A program made the position numbers and the translations under genes. From positions 245,520,001-245,584,000 of the forward strand of contig OZ024740.1 of NCBI GenBank assembly GCA_964016885.1: 64,000 nt of DNA, given 5' to 3'. This DNA comes from Eledone cirrhosa (Eukaryota). The notes beneath the pieces were generated by a model. That model did not search any database, was not told where the DNA came from, and saw only the letters and a list, made by a program, of their open reading frames with translations. Shown one piece after another: positions 25,093-37,837 of this stretch (within the stretch, counting starts at the first letter, position 1; the number at the start of each line of letters is the position of its first letter).

Positions 25093-25540
25093 GTAAGTAG
25101 TTCATTTGATTGGTTTAATTAGACTTAATTATTGAAATATTTCATATTTAGAGATTTATTCTCTCTCTCATATATATATGATGCTGTGCTGGAAAAGACT
25201 CGTCCAACCCATGCAAGCACGGAAAAGCTGATGTATGATGAGGATGATATATATATATATATATACCTATGCTAGCATGAAAAATGGATGTTAAACGACA
25301 ATGATGATGACGATTATATATATATATATAGGCGACACGGCAAAAAGCATCCAGCACACACTGTATATTGGGTTGGTGTTAGGAAGGGCATCCAGATGTA
25401 GAAACCAAGCCAAATGAGTTCTAAGTGAGTGAATCACGGAGCCCCGACCTAATCCCTCACAAAGGGACAACTCATCCTACCCATGCTAGCATGGAAGATG
25501 GACGTTAAATGATGATAAAATATATATATATATATATATT

Positions 25541-26258
25541 CATTTTACGTCCACTTTTCCCTGCTTGCAAGGGTGGGATGGGAACTGATTCTGGCTTGAT
25601 TTCTACAGCTGGATGCACTTCCTAACACCAACCTCATTTACAGTGAGTGCTGGGCGCTTTTTTGCCGTGGCACCTCCACAACCACTGAGTAAACTGGAGC
25701 AATGTGAAATAAAGTGCCTTGCTCAAGGAAACAACACATCACATATTAAATTTTAGTGAGAAAACTCTATTTAAGGGAGTATAAGCCAATACTGGTCTTT
25801 TCCAATACTTTCTTGTTCCACAAACGAAACCATGGTAGGGAGATCGATATATAAGTGAGATTGACTAAAATTTTTTTGGGGTCTGTCTGGCTTATACTCT
25901 CATAAATAGTTTTTTCACTTAAATTTAATATGTAATATTGCTTCTCTGGTGGATATTTTATCTATATATTTTATCCATTCATTGAGATGTTTAAGTATTA
26001 GAGACTAATTTAATATTTAATTATTTATATATATATATTCCAGTTTACTCAGCTGTAGAAATGAGATGATAGGGACTGGAGTCCTATCATTCCACTGCAA
26101 AGTGGTCGTGGAGGTGCCACGGAAAAAAGCACCCAGTACTCACTGTAAATGAGGTTGGTGTTAGGAAGGGCATCCAGCTGTAGAAATCAAGCCAGAATCA
26201 GTTGCCGTCCCACCCTTGCAAGCAGGGAAAAGTGGACGTAAAATGATGATGATGATGA
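25541..26258. mobile_element. Two inverted partial family-1 SINEs enclosing a MITE-like foldback (25741-25933)
   Basis: 25541-25742 is the reverse complement of the SINE body; 26038-26258 is forward; inner arms ACATATTAAATTT...GTATAAGCCA / TGGCTTATAC...AAATTTAATATGT. Confidence 0.8.
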
Positions 26259-26394
26259 TATATATATAATGTAAAAGGTAAACAGAAATAACAACACAAT
26301 CGGTACAGTATATGGAACCCATGCTAGCATGGAAAGTGGACGTTAAACGAAGATGATGATGATGATGATACTAACTACAAAATATATATATTTA

Positions 26395-27305
26395 CTAACT
26401 ACAAAAGGTTTTTCCCTCAAAATGAAAAGCAGACTGTATGATGCCTGTATATGAACAACAATGTTGCACAGCAGCGAGACCTGGGCACTGTGTGCTGAGG
26501 ACCTGCAAAGATTGGAAAGAAATGAAGCCTCCATGCTTTGCTGGATGTGCAAGAGCAATATACGTGAACGGCAAAGTATAAATATACTGAGTGAGAAATT
26601 AGGCACAAGAGGGATCAGTTGTTGCATGCAGGAGAGGAGATTGCATTGGTATGGACAGGTGATGCGTATGAAGGATGACAGCTGTATAATAAGGTGCAGA
26701 GTGCTCAAAGTTGATGGTAGCCATGGTGTGGGCAGGCCTAGGAAAACTTGGGATGAGGTAATAAAAGCTAACCTTGCACAACACCTCTCAAAGGCAATGA
26801 CACAGGACTGCAACCTCTGGCGCTATGCAGTTTTACAGAAGGACCGCCCTCTATTATTCTCAGGCTGAGGCTTATACCTAGTAGGCAACACCTTCCTCAA
26901 CCTTCTATCCCCTCTCATCCACCTCCCTTAGTGGTAACCATACCTCCCCTACTACCCTGTCCACATTTTCCCCAAGCTTCCTCCCTCCCCTCCCTAGTCA
27001 CAAGAGAAAAGTACCGAGGTCCCACTGTAAAGTGGTCGTGTCAGTGACATGACAAAGGTGCCCAGTCCACACTGTAAAGTGGTCGTGTAGGTGTCGCGAT
27101 AAAAAAGTGCCCAGTCCACACTCTAATGTGATCGTGTAGGTGACACAGCAAAAAGTACCCAGCACACACTGTAAATGTGGTTGGCGGGAGGAAGGGCACC
27201 CAGCTGTAGAAACCAAGCCAAAATCTGCCCTGGGTGAACTAAACATGATCCTCTGACCTGTTTTTTCCCTATGGATGATGGACGCTAATTGACGAGGTTG
27301 ATGAT
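26395..27305 (+). mobile_element. RTE family A 3' fragment with 4 hairpin modules in the 3'UTR
   Basis: ORF 26461-26868 is an RTE C-terminus; modules at ~27021, 27067, 27116 and 27162. Confidence 0.85.
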
Positions 27306-27395
27306 ACATTTATGTATATATATAATGATATGTGTATGTATATTACATATATATGGTATATGCATATGCACGTAAATATATATATGTATATATAC

Positions 27396-27867
27396 GACCT
27401 CACACACTTACACCTCACCAAGACAATGTCACTGGATCGAGACCTTTGGCGGTACTCAGTAATAGAGAAGACCCGCCTTACCTAAATACAAAGTAAAACC
27501 TACTACAGTCAGTAGGCATCTCTAACAAAATACACCCCCGTCCCACCACCCCCACCCCATCCACACCGCCCCTTTCAATGTAAAGTTATGTTGGTACCAC
27601 AACATCCAGGCCAAAACAAATGAGATCGTGTAGGTGTCACGACAAAAAAACACACAGTCCACGCTGTAATGTGGCCGTGTAGGCAACACAGTAAAAACCT
27701 CCCAGTCCACACTGTAAATGTGGTTGGTGTTAGGAAGGGCATCCAGCTGTAGAAAACCCGCCAGACAGTCCTATACGAGCAAGACAACCACTCTTGCCTC
27801 AAGTGGGAAAACTCCCGTCCAAACCCATGCAAGCGTTGAACATGGACGTTAAACGATGATGATGATG

Positions 27868-27873
<6 letters not shown>
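27396..27873 (+). mobile_element. Short 5'-truncated RTE family A copy
   Basis: Nearly identical to 29666-30141; between (TA)n tracts. Confidence 0.9.
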
Positions 27874-27905
<32 letters not shown>

Positions 27906-27910
27906 TGGTA

Positions 27911-27979
27911 TGTATTGGTGTAATGGTAGCACAGTGGTCTGGATAACAAAAAGATATGGGTCGACTCCCATGTACGGCA
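27911..27979 (+). other. tRNA-like head (degenerate tRNA pseudogene or SINE head)
   Basis: A box TGGTGTAATGG, D stem GTGT/GCAC, T stem ATGGG-TCGACT-CCCAT, partial acceptor pairing TGTAT/GTACG; anticodon arm degenerate. Confidence 0.5.
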
Positions 27980-28132
27980 ACACTCATCTTTTTCCATTTC
28001 TCCGAGGGTTATAAACCCTCTAAAAAATACGGTGAAAGCTTATAATTTCTAATTTCAAACTCGCGCACCGTTTCAAAAACATACTTACATGTTTACGTTT
28101 ATCATTTGCTTGTGTGTGTATATATATATATA

Positions 28133-30141
28133 TGATATGAAGACGGGTAAGGCGGCTGGGCCTTCGGAAATAGTTGCTGAGATGCTGAAGGCATCTGGTA
28201 CGGTGGGACACACCATGGTCACCCGGATAGTTAACCAAGTCGTACAGAATGGGGTTGTTCCGAAGGACTGGCGTAGCAGCATCATCGTTAACTGTTATAA
28301 GGGTAAAGGAGATGCCGTAGATAGGTGTAACTATAGAAGCATTAAATTAATCGACCAGGTCATGAAGGTCACGGAAAAAGTAATAGCGCAACTAATCAGA
28401 GAGAGAATTGATCTAGATGAAATGCAGTTCGGGTATGTGTCAGGGAAAAGTACCACAGACGCTCTTTTCATTGTACGACAACTACAGGAGAAGTACCTAG
28501 CTAAAAGTAAACCCCTATACTTAGCTTTTGTCGACTTGGAGAAAGCCTTCGACAGAGTCCCCCGTTCCATTATCTGGTGGGCTCTTAGAAAACTAGGTGT
28601 TGACGAATGGCTTGTGAGAGCTATACAAGCCATGTATAAAGAAACAGTCAGCAAGGTTAGAATTAACAACGAATATAGTGAAGAGTTTAGCGTAAAAGTT
28701 GGCGTCCATCCGGGCTCTGTTCTCAGCCCCCTACTATTTATTATTGCCCTTCAGGCTATAACAGAGGAGTTCAAGACCGGCTGCCCATGGGAACTCCTAT
28801 ACGCAGATGACCTAACACTCATAGCTGAATCAATGGCCGAGCTAGAGAAGAAATTCCAAGCATGGAAGCACGGCCTAGAATCAAAAGGCCTTAAAATTAA
28901 CCTGGCTAAGACTAAAGTTCTAGTTTGTAAGAAAGAAAATAAGGTGGCGGTCCCTTCCGGGAAGTGGCCATGCTCAGTGTGTAGGAAAGGAGTAGGTAGA
29001 AACTCCATTTTATGTCCCAAATGCAAAGTATGGGTGCATAAAAGATGTAGTGGGATCACAGGTAAGCTAACTAAGAACATAGATTTTATATGTGGCCGGT
29101 GCTCTGGTGCAATAAGTAGCAGCAAGTGCCCATAAAATACTAGCTCTTTCAACTGCGCAGAGGGTTCTATAGAAATAGTGGACAGCTTCCGTTACCTGGG
29201 TGACAAAATCAGCAGTGGGGGAGGGTGCTCTGAAAGTACAGTAGTTAGAGTCAGAACTGGATGGAAAAAGTTCAGAGACCTTATACCACTATTAGCCGCT
29301 AAAGGGTTCTCCCTAAAAATAAAAGGCAGGTTGTATGATGCCTGCATACGAACAGCAATGTTGCATGGCAGTGAGACCTGGGCAATGTGTGCAGAGGATA
29401 TACGCAGACTAGAGAGGAACGAAGCTTGCATGCTCCGCTGGATGTGCAATAGTAATATACGTGAACGGCAAAGCATAAGTGAACTAAGGAAAAAATTAGA
29501 AATAAGAGGGATCAGATGTTGTTTACTCGAGAGAAGGCTACGTTGGTATGGTCACGTGATGCGCATGAAAGACGATAGCTGTATAACAAAGTGCAGGGCA
29601 ATAAAGATAGACGGTAGCCACGGAGTAGGCAGACCCAGAAAAACCTGGGACGAGCTGATAAATTCCGACCTCACACAATTACACCTCTCCAAGACAATGT
29701 CACTGGACCGAGACCTTTGGCGGTACTCAGTAATAGAGAAGACCCGCCTTACCTAAATACAAAGTAAAACCTACTACAGTCAGTAGGCATCTCTAACAAA
29801 ATACACCCCCGTCCCACCACCCCCACCCCATCCACACCGCCCCTTTCAATGTAAAGTTATGTTGGTGCCACAACATCCAGGCCGAAACATGAGATCGTGT
29901 AGGTGTCACGACAAAAAAAAAACACACACAGTCCACGCTGTAATGTGGCCGTGTAGGCAACGCGGTAAAATCCTCCCAGCCCCACACTGTAAATGTGGTT
30001 GGTGTTAGGAAGGGCATCCAGCTGTAGAAAACCCGCCAGACAGTCCTATGCGAGCAAGACAATCACTCTTGCCTCAAGTGGGAAAACCCCCGTCCAATCC
30101 CATGCAAGCGTGGAACATGGACGTTAAACGTTGATGATGAT
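28133..30141 (+). mobile_element. 5'-truncated RTE family A with well-preserved RT + PHD
   Basis: ORFs 28089-29135 and 29178-29756 are in the same frame, separated by a premature TAA; 3'UTR and (GAT)n. Confidence 0.95.
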
Positions 30142-30160
30142 ATATATATATATATAAATA

Positions 30161-30694
30161 TCGTATCTAGACTAAGGATACGGTTTGGAAGAAGTTTAGG
30201 GAGCTGCTTCCTCTGTTGACAAAGAAGGGTTTCTCCCTGCGTACGAAAGGACAGTTATATGATTCCTGTGTGAGATGCAAGATGCTGCATGGTAGTGAGA
30301 CATGAGCAGCAACTGCAGAAGATATGGAGAGAAATGAAGCAAGTATGCTCCGTTGGATGTGCAATGTCAATGTGCGTGAACGACCAAGCATAGACGAGTT
30401 GAGAAAGAAAGTGGGTATAAGAGTGGTGTGCAGGAGAGAAGGCTGAGATGGTATGGATGTGTTGCGCATGGAGGGTGACCGCTGGGTAAAGAAGTGCCAA
30501 GAAATCCCAGTAGAAGGAAGACAAAATAGAGGTAGACTAAAAAACATAGGCAGATGTAGTGAGAGCAGACCTGAGATCGCTGAAACTCACCGACGAGATG
30601 CCGACGGACCGTGACAAGTGGAGAGATGCTGTGCTGAATAGGACCCGTCCAACCCTTGCAAGCAAGGAAAAGCGGGCGTAAAATGATGATGATG

Positions 30695-30696
<2 letters not shown>
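30161..30696 (+). mobile_element. RTE family B 3' fragment
   Basis: Similar to 50432-51031; the reading frame runs directly into the CCCGTCC...CTTGCAAGCA...GTAAAATGATGATG tail. Confidence 0.85.
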
Positions 30697-30732
<36 letters not shown>

Positions 30733-31018
30733 TCCCTATCATTCCACTGCAAAGTGGTCGTGGTGGTGCCACAGCAAAAGAGCAACCAGCCCACAATGTA
30801 AAGTGGACATGTAGGCGCCACGGAAAAAAATGCACCCAGCATTCACTGTAAATGAGGTTGGTGTTAGGAAGAGCATCCAGTTGTAGAAATCAACCCAGAA
30901 TCAGTTCCTGTATGAGCAAGACAAGGTCAGCCGACCGGACACTGCCCACAACAGGACAACCCGTCTAACCCATGCTAGCGTGGAAGAATGGACGTAAAAC
31001 GGTGATGATAATGATGAT
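30733..31018 (+). mobile_element. SINE/LINE-3'UTR hybrid fragment
   Basis: Starts with SINE-type CCCTATCATTCCACTGCAAAGTGG, then continues with the family A 3'UTR and tail (cf. 9790-10010). Confidence 0.7.
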
Positions 31019-31027
31019 ATATAAATA

Positions 31028-31518
31028 ATGGAAGCATGACCTAGAATCAAAAGGCCTTAAAGTTAACTTGTCTAAGACTAAAGTTCTAGTTTGTAGAAAA
31101 GAAAATAGGACACATGCTCAGTGTGTAAGAAAGGAGTAGGCAGAAATTCCAATTTATGTCCCAAATGCAAATTATGGGTACATAAAAGATGTAGTTAGAT
31201 CACAGGTAAACTATCTAAGAACATAGATTTTATATGTGGCCGATGCTCAGGTGCAATAAGTAGCAAGTGCCCACAGCATCCTTCTATTGCCCAGATGGTT
31301 CTATAGAAATAGTGGACACTTTCCGTTACCTGGGTGACAAAATCAGCAGTGGTGGAGGGTGTCCTGAAAGTACAGTAGCCAGAGTCACAACGGGATGGAA
31401 AAAGTTCAGAGAGCTTATACCGCTGTTGGCCACAAAAGGTTTCTCTCTGAAAATGAAAGGCAGATTGTATGATGCCTGTATACGAACAGCAATGCTACAT
31501 GGCAGCAAGACATGGGCA
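31028..31518 (+). mobile_element. RTE family A internal fragment
   Basis: IEIVDTFRYLGDKI...AMLHGSKTWA; fused to the minus-strand RTE at ~31519. Confidence 0.85.
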
Positions 31519-32990
31519 TTTTCTTCCTGTTGGAGTGACGGCAACGGCTGCACATTCCCAGCAGACTTGAAGAGCTTGGTGTAGAAGTCTTCGCAAACCT
31601 TTTCCACCTCACTCTTGTCGCTGACCGGTACTTCAGCTGTGTTCTTCAGGGTCGTCAACTCTGATCTGTACATTGTTATGTCGCTCTCGGATTTCTTGAG
31701 GCTCTTCTTTTCCTTTGCGGCCTTCAGGAGCTTCTCCATCCGGTATGCTTCGAAGTCTCTCTTCAGTTGTTGACGTATCACTCTGCTGAGAAGAGAATAT
31801 TCGAGGTGATCTTCAGGTGTCCTCTTCATATTCTTCCTCTTCTCAAGCAACTTCATAGTTTCCTTCGAGACTCTTCCCTTCCGCTCCCTCGGGCACACAC
31901 CCTTAGCCTTCCTCAAGCACTCCTTCAGTTTCCTTATCAGTGAGTCGTAGTCAGCGTCTATGCCGTCTCCTTGACGCCAGTTTTCCTGCATGATGGCTTC
32001 CTGCAGCTACGCCTCGTTGAAGACCCCTACGCGTTCTCCCTTCGATGCCAAATGCAGCGCCTTCTTCTCCCTCGTCCGGTCGATGATGACCTTCACTCTC
32101 ACCAGATGATGATCACTGCCAGTGTTGAATGGCGTTATGACAGAGATGTCCTGCAGTATGCGTCGCTTGTCGACCAAGATGTAGTCAATCTCGTTTCGGT
32201 GCTCAGAATTTGGCGATACCCAGATCCATCTCTTCTTCTTCCTGAATAGGCTGTTTCCGATGTAGAACTGTCTCGCCTCCGCCATGTTGACCAGACGCTC
32301 TCCTCTCTCATTTCACTCTCCTAGGCCAAATCTTCCGACATACTCTTCCCTTTGCCGTCCTTGTCTGACCTTTGCGTTGAAGTCTCCCATTACGACTGTG
32401 TAAGTGAACTTCACAGCTAGCACTTTGTCTAGGTGGCGATAGAATTCTTCCACTTCATCGTCGTCGCTGGAACTTGTGGGAGCGTAGGGTGGCCTTTCCT
32501 GAGAGGTTCACGTTCAGTACACCAATCCATGACGATATGAACTGGCAAGAAGCGACCTTCGAAGCCCATTCCTTGCTTACGATGAACCCTATACCTCTGA
32601 CCGATCTGGCACCCTTTGCTTTCCCGAGTCTCACAGCGCATCCATCTTGCCATCGCAAACTCGCCTCCTTCTTCTGGCGGGTCTCGCACAGCCCTAACAC
32701 ATCGCACCTGATCTTCTTCTCCTCCATTAGGTGGTTCAGTCCTTACCCCCTGCCAAAGACCTGCATGTAGGTGCATATGGCAAGGTTAGTTCTGTTCCTT
32801 GGCGACCTTTGCGAACCTGTGATTCTTAGCAGCCTCTCGTCGCTCGGGTTGCACTCCGCCGTCGTGGAGTGGCCCGATTGACGCGCAAGGTACTGAGGCC
32901 CATTTTCTTCATGCTGTTTTAACCATAAGATGACGCCATCCCACTGGCTGGGCGGGCAGGCCGGTACCTCTTCAGTTTAGCTAGCTTTTG
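31519..32990 (-). mobile_element. 5' half of a distinct, GC-richer RTE LINE (family C): APE domain and linker
   Basis: LAICTY, DVLGLCETR, GIGFIV, GDFNA, NEIDYIL, GSDHHLVR motifs in fragmented minus-strand frames; 3'-truncated. Confidence 0.88.
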
Positions 32991-33012
32991 AACTCTAGAA
33001 GATGATGAATCA

Positions 33013-33086
<74 letters not shown>

Positions 33087-33269
33087 TATATATACGATAT
33101 TAACAAATGGAAACTATATTTATAAAACCATATTTATTTTATTATATATATTTCAAGGGCAACCAAGACACCATTGGTGCCAAAACGATTATAAGCACAG
33201 CAACAAGTATATAGGAACAACAAAAATATGAAGACGTCGCATCTCAGAGTTGCAGCACTTAATGTTGTC

Positions 33270-34335
33270 ACTCTCACAGGTAGATCTGCAGAAATAGCAG
33301 AGATGCTGGAGAGAAGGCATGTGGATGTGTGTGTGCTGCGTGCAAGAGGTGAGATGGAGAGGTGCCTCTGCGAGACTAGTCGCAGGCAAACATCTTAGCT
33401 ATTAGCTTTTCTGGGTAGGTAAGGATGATGGGTTAGGGGGAGTAGGCATTTTCCTGGCTGAGAGATGGATCAATAAGACAATAGAGGTAGTTTGAGTTAG
33501 TAATCGAATAATTAAGCTTAGATTAGTTGTAGGCATGTGACTACTGACAATCATATCTGTCTATGCTCCCCAGGCAGGCCTAGGTAAAGAAGAGAAAGAC
33601 TGCTTTTACAAGCAAATTTACAAACAACCGCAATGTCAGAGGACGGAGACATCGTTATGCTAGCAGGGGACTTCAATGGTCATGTTGGACAGCTCCAGGA
33701 TGGTTACACTGGGGTACATGGTGAGCACGGTTACGGCTCAAGAAATGAAGAAGGAGTGAGACTTCTTGAATTTTGTGATGCAAATACACTGACTATTTGC
33801 AACACTAACTTCCAGAAACCTGCCAACCACCTAAAAACCTACAAATCAGGCGAACACATAAGCCAGATTGACTTCTTACTAGGTAGGCAGCGGGCAGGCA
33901 GATGGTGTCAAATTCCAAGGCATACCCTGGGGAAGAATGTACCCCACAGCATAGGTTAGTCGTTAGTGATATCTCAGTAAGCAAGAGATGGAATGAGACA
34001 TACAGGAAGGTGTGGAGAAGAAAGGCCTGGAAGCTAAAAGACCTTTCACTAAAATACAAATTTAGGAAAGCCCTTCAAGATGTGTATGACGAAAAAGAAG
34101 ACGATTTAGAGATGTATGACATAGATAATAACTGGAATTTCTTACGTGACAACTTACTGCAGGCTACTGATGAAACTTGGAAAAAGGGTGGGAGTGGAGA
34201 AGGATATACAGCCGCTAAGAGAGAAGCTAGATGTCAGGTGTACTTAGCACGCAGGGAGGCTGAGAGTAGGAGGTTTGCCAATGTTCTGCGACGGGAAGAT
34301 CAGAGGCGTGCGGTGTTCCACATTTTCAGGAGCTG
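33270..34335 (+). mobile_element. RTE APE-domain fragment
   Basis: CVQEVRWRG, SVYAPQ, AGDFNGHVG, SQIDFLL, QHRLVV. Confidence 0.85.
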
Positions 34336-35100
34336 AGGACCTGGCCCAAATGATTGCAACAGAGTATACTCTTCTAAAAGTACTAAATGGTCTAGTGGTG
34401 TTACACTGACAAATAAAGTCATAGACAGACTTCCACACTATCTATTTACCAAATTTCACTCACAAGACTTTGATCAACCTATGGCTTTGGTTGAAAGCAC
34501 TTTCCCAAGGTGCTGTACAGTGGGATAGAACCTGAAGCCATGTAGTTGCAATACAATCATTTTAACTACACAGTCATGCCTGCATCCATATCATATTTTC
34601 AAAAGTGTTATTATTCTAGTTAGTATGTAATGCTATATTCTTCTATTTTTTTTACTGGTTTCAACCATTAGACTATGGCCATACTAGGGAACTACCTTGA
34701 AGGGATTTAATTGACCATACCAATCCCAGTACTTATTTATTTTCGATTCTAATACATATTTTATTTATCTTTTTGTCAAACTGGACATAAGCAAACAATA
34801 AATATACACACATAAACATAGTCACATAGTTACATATGCAACGTTTCCACACAGTTTCCATCTACCAAATTTAATTCACAAGGTATGTCTATAACCCAAA
34901 GCTATGTCTATCACCATCATCATTTTTTCATTCACTTTTCTATACTAGCATTGGTTGGATGGGATGTTTTACAGCCAAATGCCCTTTGTTTTAGTTGCTT
35001 CTTATAACACTCGGGGATATATTCTAAAATCTGGGAAACACACAGCATATATGTTATATATAAGATATTATTATTTCACTTTTTGTTTCTGCTGATCAAG

Positions 35101-35232
35101 GTAATACCAACAACTGAGCGAATTAATCTGGAGAAATTAAAGCAACGTGAAAAGATCCTATTCTATCAAGATATCTTATTATTTGAAGATGAGCTTGCTG
35201 ATAATGGTGCTTCTAAATTGAGTGTAAAAATA
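35101..35232 (+). CDS. TIPRL: TIPRL coding exon 4
   Basis: VIPTTERINLEKLKQREKILFYQDILLFEDELADNGASKLSVKI; AAG acceptor, GTGAGT donor; 132 nt. Confidence 0.96.
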
Positions 35233-35307
35233 GTGAGTTCTCTTCAGTTTCTATATACTTTTATTGCTTTTTATCTGGAAGGGTAAAGGGGGAAGATTTC
35301 TATTTCT

Positions 35308-35457
35308 GGCAGAGTAGAATGGAACTCTTTAGCTCTGTCATGGTAGAAGGGGGAACTCGTTAGTTCTGAAAAGGTAGAGGGAGGACTCTTTAGTTCTGGA
35401 AGGGTAGAGTGGAACTCTTTAGATCTGGATGAGTAGAGCAAGTACTGTTTAGTACTG
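35308..35457. repeat. Degenerate ~30-bp minisatellite, ~5 units
   Basis: Repeating GTAGA...G.ACTCTTTAG.TCTG units. Confidence 0.7.
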
Positions 35458-36299
35458 ACAAGGCAGAGTCTCTATTTTTGGTCTACAATTTCTCTAGTAC
35501 CAATGGCAACAATATAATTTCTTCCCCCCTAGTTTAAAGAAGATTTGACTATTATTTTTAGCAGGCCAAACAACTGTATAGTAACTCACACATTGGTACA
35601 GTAACAGTATTAGTGTTGCTATTGATGGAGATAGTAGTAATGATACATAAGTTGGTGATGCTAATACTGAAGATAACGTAGTTTTTTATCTCTTACTTAG
35701 TCAGGAGAAAGCTTACTGCCCACGACCCTTTACATGGCATAAACCTGGTAGGAGGAAGAAAGTTATCTTCAAACCAGAGATCTGGCAGAAATGTTTACAA
35801 CAATCTTGACTCTTCTAAAAGTACTCAATACCAAGTATTTTTCTTAAACCAGGCAACAGATTAAGTCTACCACCCAAGTAGGCCATGGCAAGATTTAAAC
35901 TCAGAATGCAAAGAGCCAGAACAAATATCACAGAACACCCCATTCGATGTTCTTACAATTCTGCTAGTCCACCACCCTAGACTGCTACTTTGTTTATCAA
36001 CCCTAGAAAGACGAATGTCATAATTAGCCATAGCAAGATTTGAAAGATCTTGCTGTGGCCTATTTCAGTGTTAGACTTAATCTATCACCTGGTTTAAGAA
36101 TACTACCTTGTTCTCGGGTTAGCAGTTAGCAGAGTCCACTTTGTGATAAACCTTCAGACCACGTCTCTGCTTTGAAGATACATTCCTAAACTAATTTTAG
36201 GGGCCCTGAAAAGGGTCATGGGTTTTGCTCAGTTCTTCCCTCTTTGATTAAACAATAAAAAAACAACCCAAATCTTAATGCTCAATATCTGATTTTCAG

Positions 36300-36395
36300 C
36301 GTGTGATGCCTTCTGGTGTGTTTATATTGCTGAGATTCTTCTTACGTGTTGATAATGTGTTGGTTCGAGTGAATGATACACGACTCTACCATGAG
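36300..36395 (+). CDS. TIPRL: TIPRL coding exon 5
   Basis: [32 protein letters not shown]; CAG acceptor, GTAAGA donor; 96 nt. Confidence 0.97.
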
Positions 36396-36550
36396 GTAAG
36401 AATATATTTAACTCCTACTGCAAACAATATAGATTGGACTCTGACTGTGTACCATCATCATCATTTTTATATCTGCTTTTCCTTTTAACATGGGTGTTGG
36501 AGGAAATTTATTTTAGGTAGATAAAAATGATATATATAATAATATATATA

Positions 36551-36626
36551 CAGGGTGTCCCAAAAAATGTATACACACTTTTATTAGAATGCTGTTGAAG
36601 TGTGTATACATTTTTGGGACATCCTG
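36551..36626. mobile_element. 76-bp Tc1/mariner-type MITE
   Basis: TIRs CAGGGTGTCCCAAAAAATGTATACACACTT / AAGTGTGTATACATTTTTGGGACATCCTG in a TA context. Confidence 0.85.
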
Positions 36627-36702
36627 TGTATATATATATATATAAAATAAGTTGACGGGACTAGCATAAGGTTTCCCTGCTAGTACCGGTTGCATCTCAT
36701 AT

Positions 36703-36980
36703 ACCAGGCCGAAACAAATGAGATCGTGTAGGTGTCACGACAAAAAAACACACAGTCCACGCTGTAATGTGGCCGTGTAGGCAACACGGTAAAAACCTCC
36801 CAGACCCACACTGTAAATGTGGTTGGTGTTAGGAAGGGCATCCAACTGTAGAAAACCTGCCAGACAGTCCTATGCGAGCAAGACAATCACTCTTGCCTCA
36901 AGTGGGACTACCCCCGTCCAAACCCATGCAAGCGTGGAACACGGACGTTAAACGTTGATGATGATGATGATGATGATGAT
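36703..36980 (+). mobile_element. RTE family A 3'UTR-only copy
   Basis: Nearly identical to 49620-49880. Confidence 0.85.
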
Positions 36981-37595
36981 ATGTATGTATTATGTGAGTG
37001 AATAATGATTGGAGGACTGCGAGACTGTCAGGGATATTTTTTCTGAACACGTTATTAAAATAAGTTGGATTACTTTGAATAAATAATGAATGCATATTAC
37101 ATAATTTATCTACTAAATTTCGTAGCTCTTGATTAAACAAGAATTTTCTTATATATAATAATTGCTTATTTTAGATTCACTTCTTTTAAAATTTTCAAAC
37201 ATCAATACTTCCGGTTATGATGTAACGGACGCTATATCACATATCGCTTATATAAATATTCATATATTTTCATTGTTATATCATAATGTTTATATTTCTG
37301 TTGCTAATTTTCTCTTTTTTTGTTTTCATTACATTTCACCGTAATGCAGTTTATATATAATATCGTCTTTTTTAAATGTATCATAGATTACTTTACTGAT
37401 TACAGGAGACAGTGTAACAGTCTCTCTTCAATTTCTGTGCATATTGTCAATTACAATATTATTTGACGTATCATATCTACATGCATATATATTTGCATAT
37501 AATATCAATATACACATTATACATACGAGCAGAAAACCATGCAAAAGGTAGTTTTTTCTGCTAGTAATATTAATATAATAATATTATTCACAGGA

Positions 37596-37776
37596 TTGGC
37601 AGTATCGGTAGAAGGTCGGACGCCATGCTTTCCAGCATAGTTACGTCCCTTTACGATCTGAGTTCAAATCCCGCCGAGGTTTACTTTGCCTTTCATCCTT
37701 ACGGGGTCGATAAAATAAAGTACCAGTAATGTACTGGGATAATTGCTGGCCTTGTGCCAAAAGTAGAAACAATTAT
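37596..37776 (+). mobile_element. tRNA-derived SINE (family 2)
   Basis: Same family as 16620 and 19159. Confidence 0.85.
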
Positions 37777-37837
37777 TCACTCACAAATAAATTAAGGTAT
37801 CCACCATGTTAGAGTGAAAATAAATTTTGTTTATATA

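Noticed and set aside
31326-31991. 221-aa minus-strand ORF as a host gene
   Set aside because: RTE family C linker reading into the antisense strand of a family A fragment.
32820-32990. HDV-like ribozyme in the RTE 5'UTR
   Set aside because: I could fold only a simple hairpin, not the nested double pseudoknot; needs a computational search.
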